Assembly (NCBI GenBank): GCA_050123155.1
Contig: JASFHP010000001.1
Coordinates: forward strand, 140,271-204,270
Reading direction: 5' to 3'
Origin: Candidatus Bathyarchaeota archaeon
Lineage (GTDB): Archaea > Thermoproteota > Bathyarchaeia > Bathyarchaeales > Bathyarchaeaceae
DNA length: 64,000 nt
Positions within the stretch are counted from its first letter, which is position 1. Each line of letters starts with the position of its first letter. This document shows, in pieces, positions 36,822-47,079 of the stretch. The translations under genes and the position numbers were made by a program. The notes under the pieces were generated by a model. That model was not told the origin of the DNA, searched no databases, and saw nothing but the letters and a program-made list of their open reading frames with translations.

Positions 36822-39065
36822 TTAGTATTCGGTTAGGGCTCGCTGCTGTTCGGTTTTTTTCTTTTTTGTCTTCTTTTGTAGGTTCTGCCACTCATCCGCT
36901 TTAACGTAGCCGCCCACCTGCTCCTTAATCTTCTGGGCTAACCTCGGTCCAATCAGGGGCAGTGCAGTCAATTTACGTAGAGGCGCTCGTTTCACGTCAT
37001 CCACGCTTCTGAGACCAGAATTGTAGAGCACCCGGGCTCGGGCTCTTCCGACGCCCTCCAGCTTAACCAGCGGAAGTAGCTCAGGCTTCACTCCCTTCTC
37101 GATTCTAACCGTAAGCCTAGCCAGATGAGGCAGGAGGTCCTTGTGCTTGAACAGAGAAGCCAGCTCGTGGGAGGCGTGAAGAAGCCACTTGGAGGTGGAG
37201 ATTAGGCGGTAGAGGTCTCCGGGCTGAACACTGAACCGCTCAATCATCTCATCCTCGCTTGTTTCATCCATCCAAGCCTTCAGCACCCAAGACATTTTAG
37301 CTTCTCCAAGAAACTCCTCGAAGGCTAGTCTGTCCTGATATATGGCTGGAAGGTTAAACATGAACTCGTCTTGATGGTCCTCCACAAAGAATTGCAGCGC
37401 ATCCATTTCTTTGGAGTATGGGCGCAGCTTAGGGAACATGTCTGGCGTGCGGGCAATCATATGGAGGAAACTGGTGTCGGTGAGCCTCTGCGCTCGGCTC
37501 GTCAACGCGTCCCTGATGACTACACCGGTTAGGGGGTCAATGTATAGCTCGGAGACTCTTCGTCCAAACTTGGTGGCGTAGATTTTGTCGCCGCCCACCT
37601 CAACCATCTTCTCTGTGAAAAGAAAACCCAGACTCTTCGCTATGACTCCCTTTATTGCCCTTGGGTCATACTGGTACGCGTAGAAGGTTCTGCCGAAGAA
37701 ATCGTAGATTCCCTGTTCTGTGTGCGCAAAGTCCGACGCGATTGTAGCCAACACGTGAGAACGGAGAATCCGTTCCACCGCCAGCTTGGACCAAATTCTC
37801 TCCGTGTCGGCGAGGATGTAGCTTTCCATGAGGTAGTCACGTTCATCCTCGGTTTTGGCTATCAGAATGGAGTCTCCAACCTTGTCGTAGCGGGGTCTTC
37901 CGGCACGCCCCGCCATCTGCTTATACTCAAGAACAGGTATGGGATAGTAGCCATAGCCGGGCTCATATCTTCTGTAATCGTTAACGATGACCACCCGCGC
38001 TGGAAGATTCACCCCAAAAGCCAATGTTGGAGTGGCAGTTAAAATCTTGATCTTTCCTTCCCTAAACGACTGCTCAATCAATTTCCTGTGACCGCCACCC
38101 AATCCAGCATGATGAAAAGCCGCTCCTTTGCTCACCACCTCAGCCAGCTGCTCGCTGATTCGTGTCCTCGCTCCTGTCGCAAGAACCTGCTCAGACAACT
38201 GCTCCAAAGAACGTTTCAGGGGCTTAGATAGGACTGGGGCGATTTTGGCTCCAATCTTCTTGGCTAGGCTTATCGAGTTTCTGCGGGTTCCGGCGAACGC
38301 TAAGGCTTGACCCCCAGATTTCACGGTGTATAACGCCAAGTTTATGGCGGGGTCTTTGGAGGTCTTCTCTATTTTCTGGGCGCCGCCGTCCTTGAACATG
38401 ATCTCGTCGTGGTGGAATACGCCTTCCCTGAGCGTTACGGGTCTCCACTCGGTTGTAACCGGGATTGCTTTCAGCCATTCTGCAACCTCTTCAACGTTCT
38501 TTATCGTGGCGCTTAGCACCAGAAGCTGGATGTCAGGGTTCACCTGCATGAGGCGAGCCAACACCACCTCAAGGGTTGGTCCACGCTCCGGCTCGTTGAG
38601 AAGATGCACCTCATCAGCAACCACCAAAGAAACGTCGCTTACCCACTTTGCTCTGTGCCTCAGCAGAGAATCCGCTTTCTCGTTTGTGGTAACGATGATG
38701 TCATACTTTCCCATCCACGGGTCGCTGCTGTCGTAGTCACCTGTGCTGATGCCCACGCTGACCCGTCTGCCGTTTCTCTTCTTCACGGTCGTGTATTTCT
38801 TGAATTCTTCCCATTTCTCGCTGGCTAAGGCTCGGAGAGGAGAAAGATACAAAACTTTTCCGTCCCCTTCCACCACATGCTTGAGGGCGCACAGTTCGGC
38901 AACAAGGGTTTTGCCTGAGGCTGTGGGACTCGCCAAAACAAGGTTTTTTCCATCCAATGCTCCGGCATGCACAGCTTCCTGTTGAGGGGGATAAAGTTCA
39001 GTGAGTCCTGAAGTGAGCAGGACCTGTTTTACGGAATCTGGTATCGGCAGTTCGTCGATTTTCAA
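36822..39065 (-). CDS. hel308: Hel308/Hjm (Ski2-like) DNA helicase
   Basis: SPTASGKT Walker A, DEVH box, YPPQQEA Q-motif region, C-terminal HhH-like domain. TTG start 17 nt after the mcm stop. Confidence 0.9.
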   Translation of the reverse strand: MKIDELPIPDSVKQVLLTSGLTELYPPQQEAVHAGALDGKNLVLASPTASGKTLVAELCALKHVVEGDGKVLYLSPLRALASEKWEEFKKYTTVKKRNGRRVSVGISTGDYDSSDPWMGKYDIIVTTNEKADSLLRHRAKWVSDVSLVVADEVHLLNEPERGPTLEVVLARLMQVNPDIQLLVLSATIKNVEEVAEWLKAIPVTTEWRPVTLREGVFHHDEIMFKDGGAQKIEKTSKDPAINLALYTVKSGGQALAFAGTRRNSISLAKKIGAKIAPVLSKPLKRSLEQLSEQVLATGARTRISEQLAEVVSKGAAFHHAGLGGGHRKLIEQSFREGKIKILTATPTLAFGVNLPARVVIVNDYRRYEPGYGYYPIPVLEYKQMAGRAGRPRYDKVGDSILIAKTEDERDYLMESYILADTERIWSKLAVERILRSHVLATIASDFAHTEQGIYDFFGRTFYAYQYDPRAIKGVIAKSLGFLFTEKMVEVGGDKIYATKFGRRVSELYIDPLTGVVIRDALTSRAQRLTDTSFLHMIARTPDMFPKLRPYSKEMDALQFFVEDHQDEFMFNLPAIYQDRLAFEEFLGEAKMSWVLKAWMDETSEDEMIERFSVQPGDLYRLISTSKWLLHASHELASLFKHKDLLPHLARLTVRIEKGVKPELLPLVKLEGVGRARARVLYNSGLRSVDDVKRAPLRKLTALPLIGPRLAQKIKEQVGGYVKADEWQNLQKKTKKKKTEQQRALTEY

Positions 39066-39082
39066 TGCATACGCCCTTTAGG

Positions 39083-41032
39083 TTAAGTCTTTTTGAGGAA
39101 TCCATCCCGCGGCGCGAAGAGCGTTCCTTCCTTCAGCATCTGCCCAATGAGCCGTTCCGCTTCTCCAGACAGTATGTCATATTCGGCTTGAAGCCTCTCA
39201 AACAGCCTCGCCTTATCCACCATCCCAGTTTCCTTTTCCATGCTTGTAATGAGCCCAAGAATAATGGACAGCTTGTCGCGGAGGCTCTTAGGCTTGCCCG
39301 TCATTATGATGTCTATGTCAAACTTTTGGGAGGAAATGTCGATTCCAACCTGCTCCAGCGACGTCGTCATTATGTCGATCGCCGTCTCAGCGTCCTCTGC
39401 AAGAACCTCATCCCGCAGCGATGCCCGAGCCCTAGCCTCAGCCACCCTCACCAGCGACTCCAGCTGCCGGGCAGTTATAGCCACAGGGGTTCCCTCGGTT
39501 TCGCTGGCTGCACGCATGAGCAGATAGAATGCTTTCAGGCGTTCCAGAGCCTCTTGTGTGAGCACGGGCTTTATGTTTTTGGCGTAGCTTACGTATTTTC
39601 GGAAAAGTTCAGGTTCTATGGGTGGCTCAACAGGGGTTACGCCTGTTCTGTGGAGGTTGAGGATGTGCTCGGTCATCTGCGCGTCTTTGACCTTTTCTGG
39701 CACGTCCCTCAGAATGAAAATCAGGTCGAATCTGGAGAGGATGGTGACTGGAAGCGAAATGTTCTCTGCTACTGTTCGGTAGGGGTCGTATCTGCCAAGT
39801 GATGGGTTAGCGGCGGCTAGGATGGATGTTCGAGCGTTTAGGGTGGCAACGATTCCGCCTTTAGCCACTGAAACCGTGTGCTGCTCCATTACTTCGTGGA
39901 TGGCTACCCGGTCCTCGGTTCGCATCTTATCCATCTCGTCTATGGCTGCTACACCCTTATCCGCAAGCACCAAAGCTCCAGCCTCAAGCGTCATTCCCCC
40001 AGCCTTGTCGCGGAGCACCGCAGCCGTCAACCCCGCGGCTGTAGTTCCACGCCCAGAAGTGTAAAGCCCCCGAGGAGCTATCTTAGCCACATACTGTAGG
40101 AGCTGGGACTTGGCTGTTCCCGGGTCTCCCAGCAGCAGAATGTTCAGGTCTCCACGGATTGTGATGTCCGGGAACTGTTTCGCGGTTCCTCCGAAGAGAA
40201 GATACATTATCGCTTCTTTGATGTGCTCGTAACCGTACACAGAGGGCGCCAGAGAACGAAGAATCTTGGTGTGGATTTCAGGGTCTTTTGCCAGTTCAAG
40301 AATCTGTTTCTCTTCTTCCGGCGTGATAAGGACTTTCTCTGGCTCCTTACTTTCCACGTCGATGTGGTTTGTGTCTAAATGTAATCTGAAGGAGCGGAGT
40401 TGCCCAACCCGTGGGAGGCGCGCGGCAACGGCGCGGGCGATTCCAACCACGGAAACGTGGTCTCCGGGTCTCGCCATGTCAACAAGGTCTCTTTCGAGGA
40501 GTTTGATGTCTAACCATCGTGGAAGCTGACCTGGAGGAAGGTCTTCGGGGCGTTCTTGGATGCGGACGTCTTGGGAGTCGATGAAGGTGGATTCTTCCTG
40601 AACGAAATCGAAGGAACTTTTTCTTCTGCATTCCGGGGCGCTACATGCAGTAGGCGCTGTCAGGAAGGGCCCGGATTGGATAATATGAGAGATTGTGCCG
40701 CACCATTTGCATTTGAAGGCTGCTTCCATAACTAAGGGTCTGGCGGGACTGGCGCGGACGACGATGCCCTCCAACATAACGAGCTTTCCTATGTGCTTGG
40801 AACCCAAAATTCGCAGAGGTGTAACTTCTGGTAATCCACAAAACCGGACTGTGACGTTCCTGATTTCTTCGGCGTATTCGGGTTCCTCTATCTGCAGTTG
40901 AGCCTTGGCGGCTCGGTTTGCATACTCTAGGTACTCGTCGGGTTTATCCATGAGCCGCTGGGCAAGTGTGGGCTCGGTTGCCAAGAGTTCATCAAAATCT
41001 ACCATAAAGGATTTGCTTCCGGCAACTGCCAT
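39083..41032 (-). CDS. mcm: MCM replicative helicase
   Basis: GDPGTAKS Walker A, IDEMDKM Walker B, SRFDL arginine finger, N-terminal zinc motif. The length shows no intein. Confidence 0.95.
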   Translation of the reverse strand: MAVAGSKSFMVDFDELLATEPTLAQRLMDKPDEYLEYANRAAKAQLQIEEPEYAEEIRNVTVRFCGLPEVTPLRILGSKHIGKLVMLEGIVVRASPARPLVMEAAFKCKWCGTISHIIQSGPFLTAPTACSAPECRRKSSFDFVQEESTFIDSQDVRIQERPEDLPPGQLPRWLDIKLLERDLVDMARPGDHVSVVGIARAVAARLPRVGQLRSFRLHLDTNHIDVESKEPEKVLITPEEEKQILELAKDPEIHTKILRSLAPSVYGYEHIKEAIMYLLFGGTAKQFPDITIRGDLNILLLGDPGTAKSQLLQYVAKIAPRGLYTSGRGTTAAGLTAAVLRDKAGGMTLEAGALVLADKGVAAIDEMDKMRTEDRVAIHEVMEQHTVSVAKGGIVATLNARTSILAAANPSLGRYDPYRTVAENISLPVTILSRFDLIFILRDVPEKVKDAQMTEHILNLHRTGVTPVEPPIEPELFRKYVSYAKNIKPVLTQEALERLKAFYLLMRAASETEGTPVAITARQLESLVRVAEARARASLRDEVLAEDAETAIDIMTTSLEQVGIDISSQKFDIDIIMTGKPKSLRDKLSIILGLITSMEKETGMVDKARLFERLQAEYDILSGEAERLIGQMLKEGTLFAPRDGFLKKT

Positions 41033-41115
41033 GCCTGAGAGGCGCTCACGGTATTTGTCTGATTTGAAAAAGTCCAGAAAAAGCTCCTCTGGATCCGCTG
41101 TTAACGTTTCTTCGG

Positions 41116-41727
41116 TTATGTTTTGCTGCCTCCTTGGGGTTTAAGAATTTCAGTTTTCCATTCGCTAATGATCTTGTGTAAACAGCCATAAACATATTTT
41201 TCTTCTTTTGTTAGGCTTCGGAGGATTTGACCTGTTTGATCTCTTGCTGATGATGCCAAAGAAACTATCTTTTTCAGTCTCATCTGGGTTATGTCGTCGG
41301 ATAGATTCTTCGCTTTGTCATAATCGCTCCTTTTTTCCGGTTTCTTGATGGCTTCCTCGTTCAATTCTTCTAGGTAACGCCGTAGTTTAGGGTAAAAATC
41401 CTCGGGAAGAGAAATGACCCTCTGGGAAGCCTCAGTGCGTTCTTTCCACTGAATCTTGTTAATTATTCTCAAGTCTATGGGTTCTTCCATGCGGATGTGG
41501 GCGATTCCAGCCTTTTTCAGTTCCGCGGCTACCCAGAACCTGACTTCGTATTCTTTTCCCTCTTTGAAGGGTCCAACTTTCACGCCTGGAAGATCAATTT
41601 TAGGGCTGTCTCTGTTTGCCACTATCTTGACGGGCATGTTTTGAAAGACGAAATCAGCGTCTCTGATAATGGTTGAAGGGTCAGTTGACAATCCCAACTC
41701 TCCTCGGACAGAACTTCTGCTCCACAA
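41116..41727 (-). CDS. GINS subunit (Gins51-like)
   Basis: Size, position directly upstream of mcm, and the blocks LPEDFYPKLRRYL and RLKKIV. Start (TTG) uncertain. Confidence 0.65.
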   Translation of the reverse strand: MWSRSSVRGELGLSTDPSTIIRDADFVFQNMPVKIVANRDSPKIDLPGVKVGPFKEGKEYEVRFWVAAELKKAGIAHIRMEEPIDLRIINKIQWKERTEASQRVISLPEDFYPKLRRYLEELNEEAIKKPEKRSDYDKAKNLSDDITQMRLKKIVSLASSARDQTGQILRSLTKEEKYVYGCLHKIISEWKTEILKPQGGSKT

Positions 41728-41866
41728 ACAATACTGCAGTCATAGATATAAGCTCAATTAAGCCACAAACAGCAAAAATTCACGAATAAAAACTGGATAT
41801 TTTCCAGTTTAGAGGCTATATTCGGCGATTTAATGGACACAAATACCTGATTCCGTTATGAAACGG

Positions 41867-43126
41867 CTACGAGGTTTCTTCTTCGCCTACGTCATATGTG
41901 GGTGCTTGAGAAGTATATTGGATGGCCCTGACATTCCGGTAGTAGATGTCCGTTGCTTGTCCACCATCAGCATCGTTGGTGAACGTGAATCGGTTGAAGC
42001 TGCCGCTGAAATTGTCTAAAACTAGAGTATATGATTGCCAGTCTCCCGCAGCTGTATAGCCGCGGTGGTCGCCGAGTCCCCACGTTTGGGTTCCATATAT
42101 CTGGTAAAACAGAGTAGAGCTTATGCTGTTGTCCGTGTCTAGTCCTACTCCATTTATTTCACCCTGAACTCCGACGCTCTTGAAGTCGAAGCAGATTGCT
42201 TGGCTACCATCGCCCACAACAGATAAACTTCTCATGGTTGCTTTCCAGTTGTTTCCCCACATCCTCAAAATTGTATCATCGATTATTTCCCACTGTGCCG
42301 AGTTTACATCCTGACTAGAACCTCCGTAGCTTATCACCCCGTCTCGTGTGAAGTCCACAAACACGTCAAAGGTGTAATCTGGGTTGCTTTCTGAAGTGGC
42401 AGAGGGGTTCCCATAATACATGTAAATCGTTTCTGTAGAAGACGCTGGAATAGTGGGAACACTGACCCATACTACAGCGGTTGAGAGATTGTAGCTTTCA
42501 ACCCAGTAAGGAATTGAAGCTTGTCCGCCACTATTAGTGAACCGTAAATCAGAGAAATCAGCAATCATGTCAGAATCATAGTCGACAGTAAGCTGAATCT
42601 GGTAGCCAGTTAACTCATTAGGATTCAAACTGTTGTCAATTGTCACCGCCTTTCTTTTGGGCCAATGTGCATCATACCAGATTTCCGAAGACCCTGAAGA
42701 CGATGCGGTGGCGACACGCGCAAATTTTGTAGAAGATGACGTGACAACCATAAATTCATACTTGTTTGATGTCGTGAAACTCTGAATCACTCTGATGATT
42801 GCCGTCTCGCCAGCATCCAATGTTGAATCGCCTGAAACAAACTGTACATCAGTGGCGGTTACGTCATTAACTTCTACTTCGTTTATTGTAACCGAGCTTG
42901 TTCCAAGATTTTTGACGGTTAGATCAACGTAGGAAACATCCGAAGCCCATGAATGGTCAGTGATACTCAACTCATCGACTTCCATAAAGCTGAATGAGAT
43001 AGAACCCATCCACATAGCAACTGCGATGGAAACAGCTACGACAACCGCAATCAGAATGATCGATGCTACAACTGGGCTAAGCGCCTTATGGTTTTTCGTG
43101 AACTTAAGCAAACAGGACCCGCACAT
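41867..43126 (-). CDS. Archaeal type IV pilin-like (class III signal peptide) protein with DUF2341 domain
   Basis: N-terminus KNHKALSPVVASIILIAVVVAV (prepilin-peptidase type). DUF2341-like block WPKRKAVTID...DLRFTN...VWVSVPTI...IYMYYGNP. Confidence 0.75.
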   Translation of the reverse strand: MCGSCLLKFTKNHKALSPVVASIILIAVVVAVSIAVAMWMGSISFSFMEVDELSITDHSWASDVSYVDLTVKNLGTSSVTINEVEVNDVTATDVQFVSGDSTLDAGETAIIRVIQSFTTSNKYEFMVVTSSSTKFARVATASSSGSSEIWYDAHWPKRKAVTIDNSLNPNELTGYQIQLTVDYDSDMIADFSDLRFTNSGGQASIPYWVESYNLSTAVVWVSVPTIPASSTETIYMYYGNPSATSESNPDYTFDVFVDFTRDGVISYGGSSQDVNSAQWEIIDDTILRMWGNNWKATMRSLSVVGDGSQAICFDFKSVGVQGEINGVGLDTDNSISSTLFYQIYGTQTWGLGDHRGYTAAGDWQSYTLVLDNFSGSFNRFTFTNDADGGQATDIYYRNVRAIQYTSQAPTYDVGEEETS

Positions 43127-43399
43127 ACATTCTTACATTTTCTTTCAGACGCGATTCTAAATAAGTTATGAATCTGAAATACGAACTCAACGACAACAAA
43201 GCGAAGGCGTCCAATATGAATACTTAATTCAATCCTGTCCGATAGGCTACAAAAGTTAGACGGATTAACTGCCAGAGCCTAAGGAACACATGCACACACA
43301 ACAAGAAACAGACTACACTCGTTAGAAGCACGCGCAAACAAACGCCCATTCATTTGAATCTTAGAAAATGTTAATAGTCGTTCTATCAGAGTTTGCATC

Positions 43400-43960
43400 A
43401 TGAAAATCAAAAAGAACCCTTATACTGCACTGTTTCCTTGCCCGGTTGTTCTTGTGACATGCGTAGATTCTAAGGGTGCGCCTAACATAATCACGTTGGC
43501 GTGGGCGGGAACCGTATGCTCTGAGCCGCCCACAGTAGGATTGGGCATCAGACCGTCAAGACACTCTCACAAGCTGATCGAAAACAGCAGAGAATTTGTA
43601 GTGAACATCCCACCAGCCAAAATCCTGAGAGAAACAGACTACTGCGGGGTGACCTCAGGAAGAGACGCTGACAAGTTCTCCGAAACCAAACTAACCCCAG
43701 AACAGGCAGACAAAGTAGAATCTCCTCTGATCCGCGAATGCCCAGTGAACATGGAATGCAAACTGAAAGATGTGATTCCGCTGGGCGCCCACGACCTGTT
43801 CCTCGGAGAAATCGTCCAAATTCACATTAACAAAGACATTCTGGACGATAAAGGACACATCGACTTCAAAAAAGCAAATCCCTTCGTCTTCAACGTAGGC
43901 GAATACTGGAGCCTACACAAGAAAATAGGAACATACGGATACTCAAAACGAACAAAATAA
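43400..43960 (+). CDS. Flavin reductase-like FMN-binding protein
   Basis: The block PVVLVTCVDSKGAPNIITLAWAG...REFVVNI is typical of the flavin reductase domain. Confidence 0.85.
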   Translation: MKIKKNPYTALFPCPVVLVTCVDSKGAPNIITLAWAGTVCSEPPTVGLGIRPSRHSHKLIENSREFVVNIPPAKILRETDYCGVTSGRDADKFSETKLTPEQADKVESPLIRECPVNMECKLKDVIPLGAHDLFLGEIVQIHINKDILDDKGHIDFKKANPFVFNVGEYWSLHKKIGTYGYSKRTK

Positions 43961-43986
43961 AGAATAGGCAAAAATCAGCTGTGCAC

Positions 43987-44343
43987 CTATTCCTTACATT
44001 CAGCCTCGTTGGCTTCTGCCATTAGCACAACATCCTTCACGGTTGTAGGCTTGTTAGAGGCTTTAACAACCATTTTTCCTCTCCATCCACATTTCTCGCA
44101 CTCATACTTTGGCGGAGCAAGTCCCATATGACCCAGCGCATCGCCTTGCATAGACTTTACTCTACGAACCTTTGCGCTCTTGCAATGAGGACAAATCTGC
44201 ACGTCCACATACTTTTTGTCTTTCTCCAACTCCTCCAAAACTTCAACTAACTCTGGAAGATCGCTTTCAACTTGCTCGGTCTCCAAAACAACCAGCCGCT
44301 TCTTTTTCTTCCGTTTTTTCTTCTTCTGCTCTTGTTCACTCAA
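43987..44343 (-). CDS. Zinc-ribbon protein with poly-Lys N-terminus
   Basis: CPHCKS...(x27)...CEKCGWRG, with an N-terminal KKKKRKKKKR run. Confidence 0.5.
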   Translation of the reverse strand: MSEQEQKKKKRKKKKRLVVLETEQVESDLPELVEVLEELEKDKKYVDVQICPHCKSAKVRRVKSMQGDALGHMGLAPPKYECEKCGWRGKMVVKASNKPTTVKDVVLMAEANEAECKE

Positions 44344-44355
44344 AACAATCGCCCG

Positions 44356-44634
44356 CTATACTGGCTTGAAGGCTCTTACTTCCGGCTTTTTCTTCAGTTC
44401 CTTTGGGATGTTAACGGTTCTAACGATGTTTTGGCTGTTTATCATGTAGATTGGCGAACCGTCAGCTTTCCACTTCTTCAATCTTTTAACTTCTCTAAGA
44501 ATCAACTTGATTCTCAATGTTGTTCCGTCGCTTAGTTTGTAGCTGTTCCACTGTTCGCTCTCTTCCGTGAAGTCCAAGTCTTCTGCGTCCATCAAATCTT
44601 TCTGCGTAATTCGAGGCAATTGAGATTGACTCAA
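44356..44634 (-). CDS. Hypothetical small protein
   Basis: 92-aa ORF 12 nt upstream of the zinc-ribbon gene. No motif recognised. Confidence 0.4.
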   Translation of the reverse strand: MSQSQLPRITQKDLMDAEDLDFTEESEQWNSYKLSDGTTLRIKLILREVKRLKKWKADGSPIYMINSQNIVRTVNIPKELKKKPEVRAFKPV

Positions 44635-44851
44635 CCTAACTCACCTTAGTTCAGATTAACTCAACAGTATTGAACCCAAATTTGTTATATTAATTTTTCC
44701 TTAAACCGCTCCCCACAAACATGAACACACTGCTGACCACAAAACAAATCACAGATTCTGTACAGAAAACGGGCAAATCCACAAGCACATAGCAACAAAT
44801 AATTAGTTCACTTAACACGTATCTTGTCACACAGCTACTGGAGCATTAGTA

Positions 44852-45829
44852 ATGACCATCAATAATGAAGCTATGTGGGTTGAAAAGTATCGCCCAAAAA
44901 CCCTAGACGATATCGTGGACCTGACCCATGTTGTAGAAAGCATACAAGCTTTCCTAAAAAATCCACACTCAATGCCACATCTGCTTTTAGCCGGAATACC
45001 CGGCACCGGAAAAACAACCGTTGCCCTATGCATCGCCCGAGAACTATTCGGAGAAAAATGGAAATCCTTCACGTTGGAACTAAACGCATCAGATGAACGT
45101 GGAATAAACACCGTAAGAGACAGAATCAAAGACTTCTCCCGCTACGGCAGAACAGGCTTCGGAGAAGCGCCCTTCTCTCTAATAATCTTGGATGAAAGCG
45201 ACCAAATGACCGGACCCGCCCAAACAGCCCTCCGCAGAATAATGGAAACCAGCTCAAGAACCAGCAGATTCATCCTAATCTGCAACTACTCCAACAAAAT
45301 CATTGAACCAATCCAAAGCCGCTGCGCCATATTCCGTTTCTCAAAACTAGACAAAGATGCCATGGTGGAACATCTTAAGAAAATTGCAGAAAAAGAAAAC
45401 CTGCGCCTTTTGGATGAGGCAGCGGAAAGAATTGTGGACTACTCTGAAGGAGACCTCAGGCATGCAATAAACGCCTTACAGACTACTGCTGCGTACCAGA
45501 AGGATGTCATAGATGAGCAAACGGTTCTGCAGGTGTTTGGGGAAGCTAGTCCAAGGCAAGTTCAGATGATGCTTAACAAAGCCCTCAGCGGCAACTTCAT
45601 AGAAGCAAGAAAAATGATGTATGACCTGATTGGTCAATACGGCTTTTCAGGCACAGAAATAGTTCGGCAAATGCAACGGGAACTGGTGAAGGTTCCGCAT
45701 TTGACTGATGCCCAAAAGGCTGACTTAACCAACATCATCGGAGAATACGACTACCGCCTCACCCAAGGAGCCAACAGCGACATCCAATTAAGCGCGTTAC
45801 TGGCTCAATTCTCAAAGTTTAAAACATGA
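44852..45829 (+). CDS. rfcS: Replication factor C small subunit
   Basis: WVEKYRPKTLDDIV, GIPGTGKTT, LDESDQMT and QSRCAIFRF (SRC motif). Confidence 0.95.
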   Translation: MTINNEAMWVEKYRPKTLDDIVDLTHVVESIQAFLKNPHSMPHLLLAGIPGTGKTTVALCIARELFGEKWKSFTLELNASDERGINTVRDRIKDFSRYGRTGFGEAPFSLIILDESDQMTGPAQTALRRIMETSSRTSRFILICNYSNKIIEPIQSRCAIFRFSKLDKDAMVEHLKKIAEKENLRLLDEAAERIVDYSEGDLRHAINALQTTAAYQKDVIDEQTVLQVFGEASPRQVQMMLNKALSGNFIEARKMMYDLIGQYGFSGTEIVRQMQRELVKVPHLTDAQKADLTNIIGEYDYRLTQGANSDIQLSALLAQFSKFKT

Positions 45830-45846
45830 CAAAAAGGGGAACGTAA

Positions 45847-47076
45847 TTGGTGAAGGATCTTTTATGGGTTGAAAAGTATCGCCCAAAAAAGATAAGAGAC
45901 GTAGTAGGAAACGAGCTAGCAAAGTCAGCCTTCACCAGCTGGCTAAAGGATAAACGGCGACGAAAAAAGGCAGTGCTCCTTTATGGACCCGCAGGCGTAG
46001 GAAAAACTGCTCTAGTGAACGCGGCATCCAACGAATTCAACTTCACAATTATTGAAATGAATGCTAGCGATACGCGAACCGCAAAAGCAATCGACAAGGT
46101 CGGCAAACCAGCCACCTCCTTTGTTGCCTTAGACACGTTCTCTTCAGAACGCAAAGGCAACATACTGTTCTTGGACGAGGTTGACGGCGTTTTTGGGCAA
46201 CAGGACAGGGGAGGCATCAAAGCCATAATCAACATCGTCAAGGAGTCCCTGATTCCTGTTGTAATGGCTGCAAACGACACTGACCAAAGAAAACTTAGAC
46301 CACTAAAGAAAGTCTGCAAGATGATAAGGTTTCAGCAGGTCCGCATACCATTAATCATTCATACGTTACGTAAAGTCTGTACCGCAGAGGGTATCGAACC
46401 AGAATTTGAAGCCCTTGAAAGAATTGCTCAAAACAGCCTAGGCGACATGCGTTCTGCAATAAACGATTTACAGAGCATAGCAGAAGGAAAACAGCTGCTG
46501 ACCCTCCAAGACACCATGTTCTTGACTACACGAAACAAGGACATAGGTCTCTATGACACCCTAAAAGGAATGTTCTCAGCAGAAACAGTCAAAGACGCAG
46601 CCATGGTCCTTAACCGTTCAAGCGTAAACTTTGACGACTTTCTGTTATCCTTTAGCGACAATCTTCCCCTCCGATACCCTAACTCAGATGATTTAGCCAC
46701 TGCATACGACTTCCTTTCGAAGGCGGACGTCTTTCGTGGCAGAGTAGGCACCGAGAACTGGTCTCTTCTGCGATATTTTTTCCATTATTTTGCTGAAGCT
46801 GCAACAGTCTCTCCGGGAACCTTCAAACCGTTTGATTTCATTCACCCCCCCATGAGGATAATGAAGCTGTTCTGGACAAAGGGCAAACGAACAAAACTGG
46901 AGAATATTTGCGCAAAAATTGCCATGAAATGCCATGTTTCGCGGAACACAGCTAAAACCGACATTGTTCCATATGTCCAGATGATGTTGAAGAAACAAAA
47001 AACTAGCCCAATTGTTTCATGGCTAAAACTGGAACCTGAGGACATAAATTATCTCCTCGCAATGAACAGACTGTAG
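45847..47076 (+). CDS. rfcL: Replication factor C large subunit
   Basis: WVEKYRPKKIRDVVGN, GPAGVGKT and LDEVDG. Follows rfcS. Confidence 0.9.
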   Translation: MVKDLLWVEKYRPKKIRDVVGNELAKSAFTSWLKDKRRRKKAVLLYGPAGVGKTALVNAASNEFNFTIIEMNASDTRTAKAIDKVGKPATSFVALDTFSSERKGNILFLDEVDGVFGQQDRGGIKAIINIVKESLIPVVMAANDTDQRKLRPLKKVCKMIRFQQVRIPLIIHTLRKVCTAEGIEPEFEALERIAQNSLGDMRSAINDLQSIAEGKQLLTLQDTMFLTTRNKDIGLYDTLKGMFSAETVKDAAMVLNRSSVNFDDFLLSFSDNLPLRYPNSDDLATAYDFLSKADVFRGRVGTENWSLLRYFFHYFAEAATVSPGTFKPFDFIHPPMRIMKLFWTKGKRTKLENICAKIAMKCHVSRNTAKTDIVPYVQMMLKKQKTSPIVSWLKLEPEDINYLLAMNRL

Positions 47077-47079
47077 TTG

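Noticed and set aside
39083-47076. Inteins in mcm or rfc, or a replication origin next to the replisome genes
   Set aside because: Protein lengths (649, 325 and 409 aa) and uninterrupted motifs leave no room for inteins. No Orc1/Cdc6 gene was seen, and the flanking intergenic regions lack repeated ORB-like elements and AT-rich unwinding regions.
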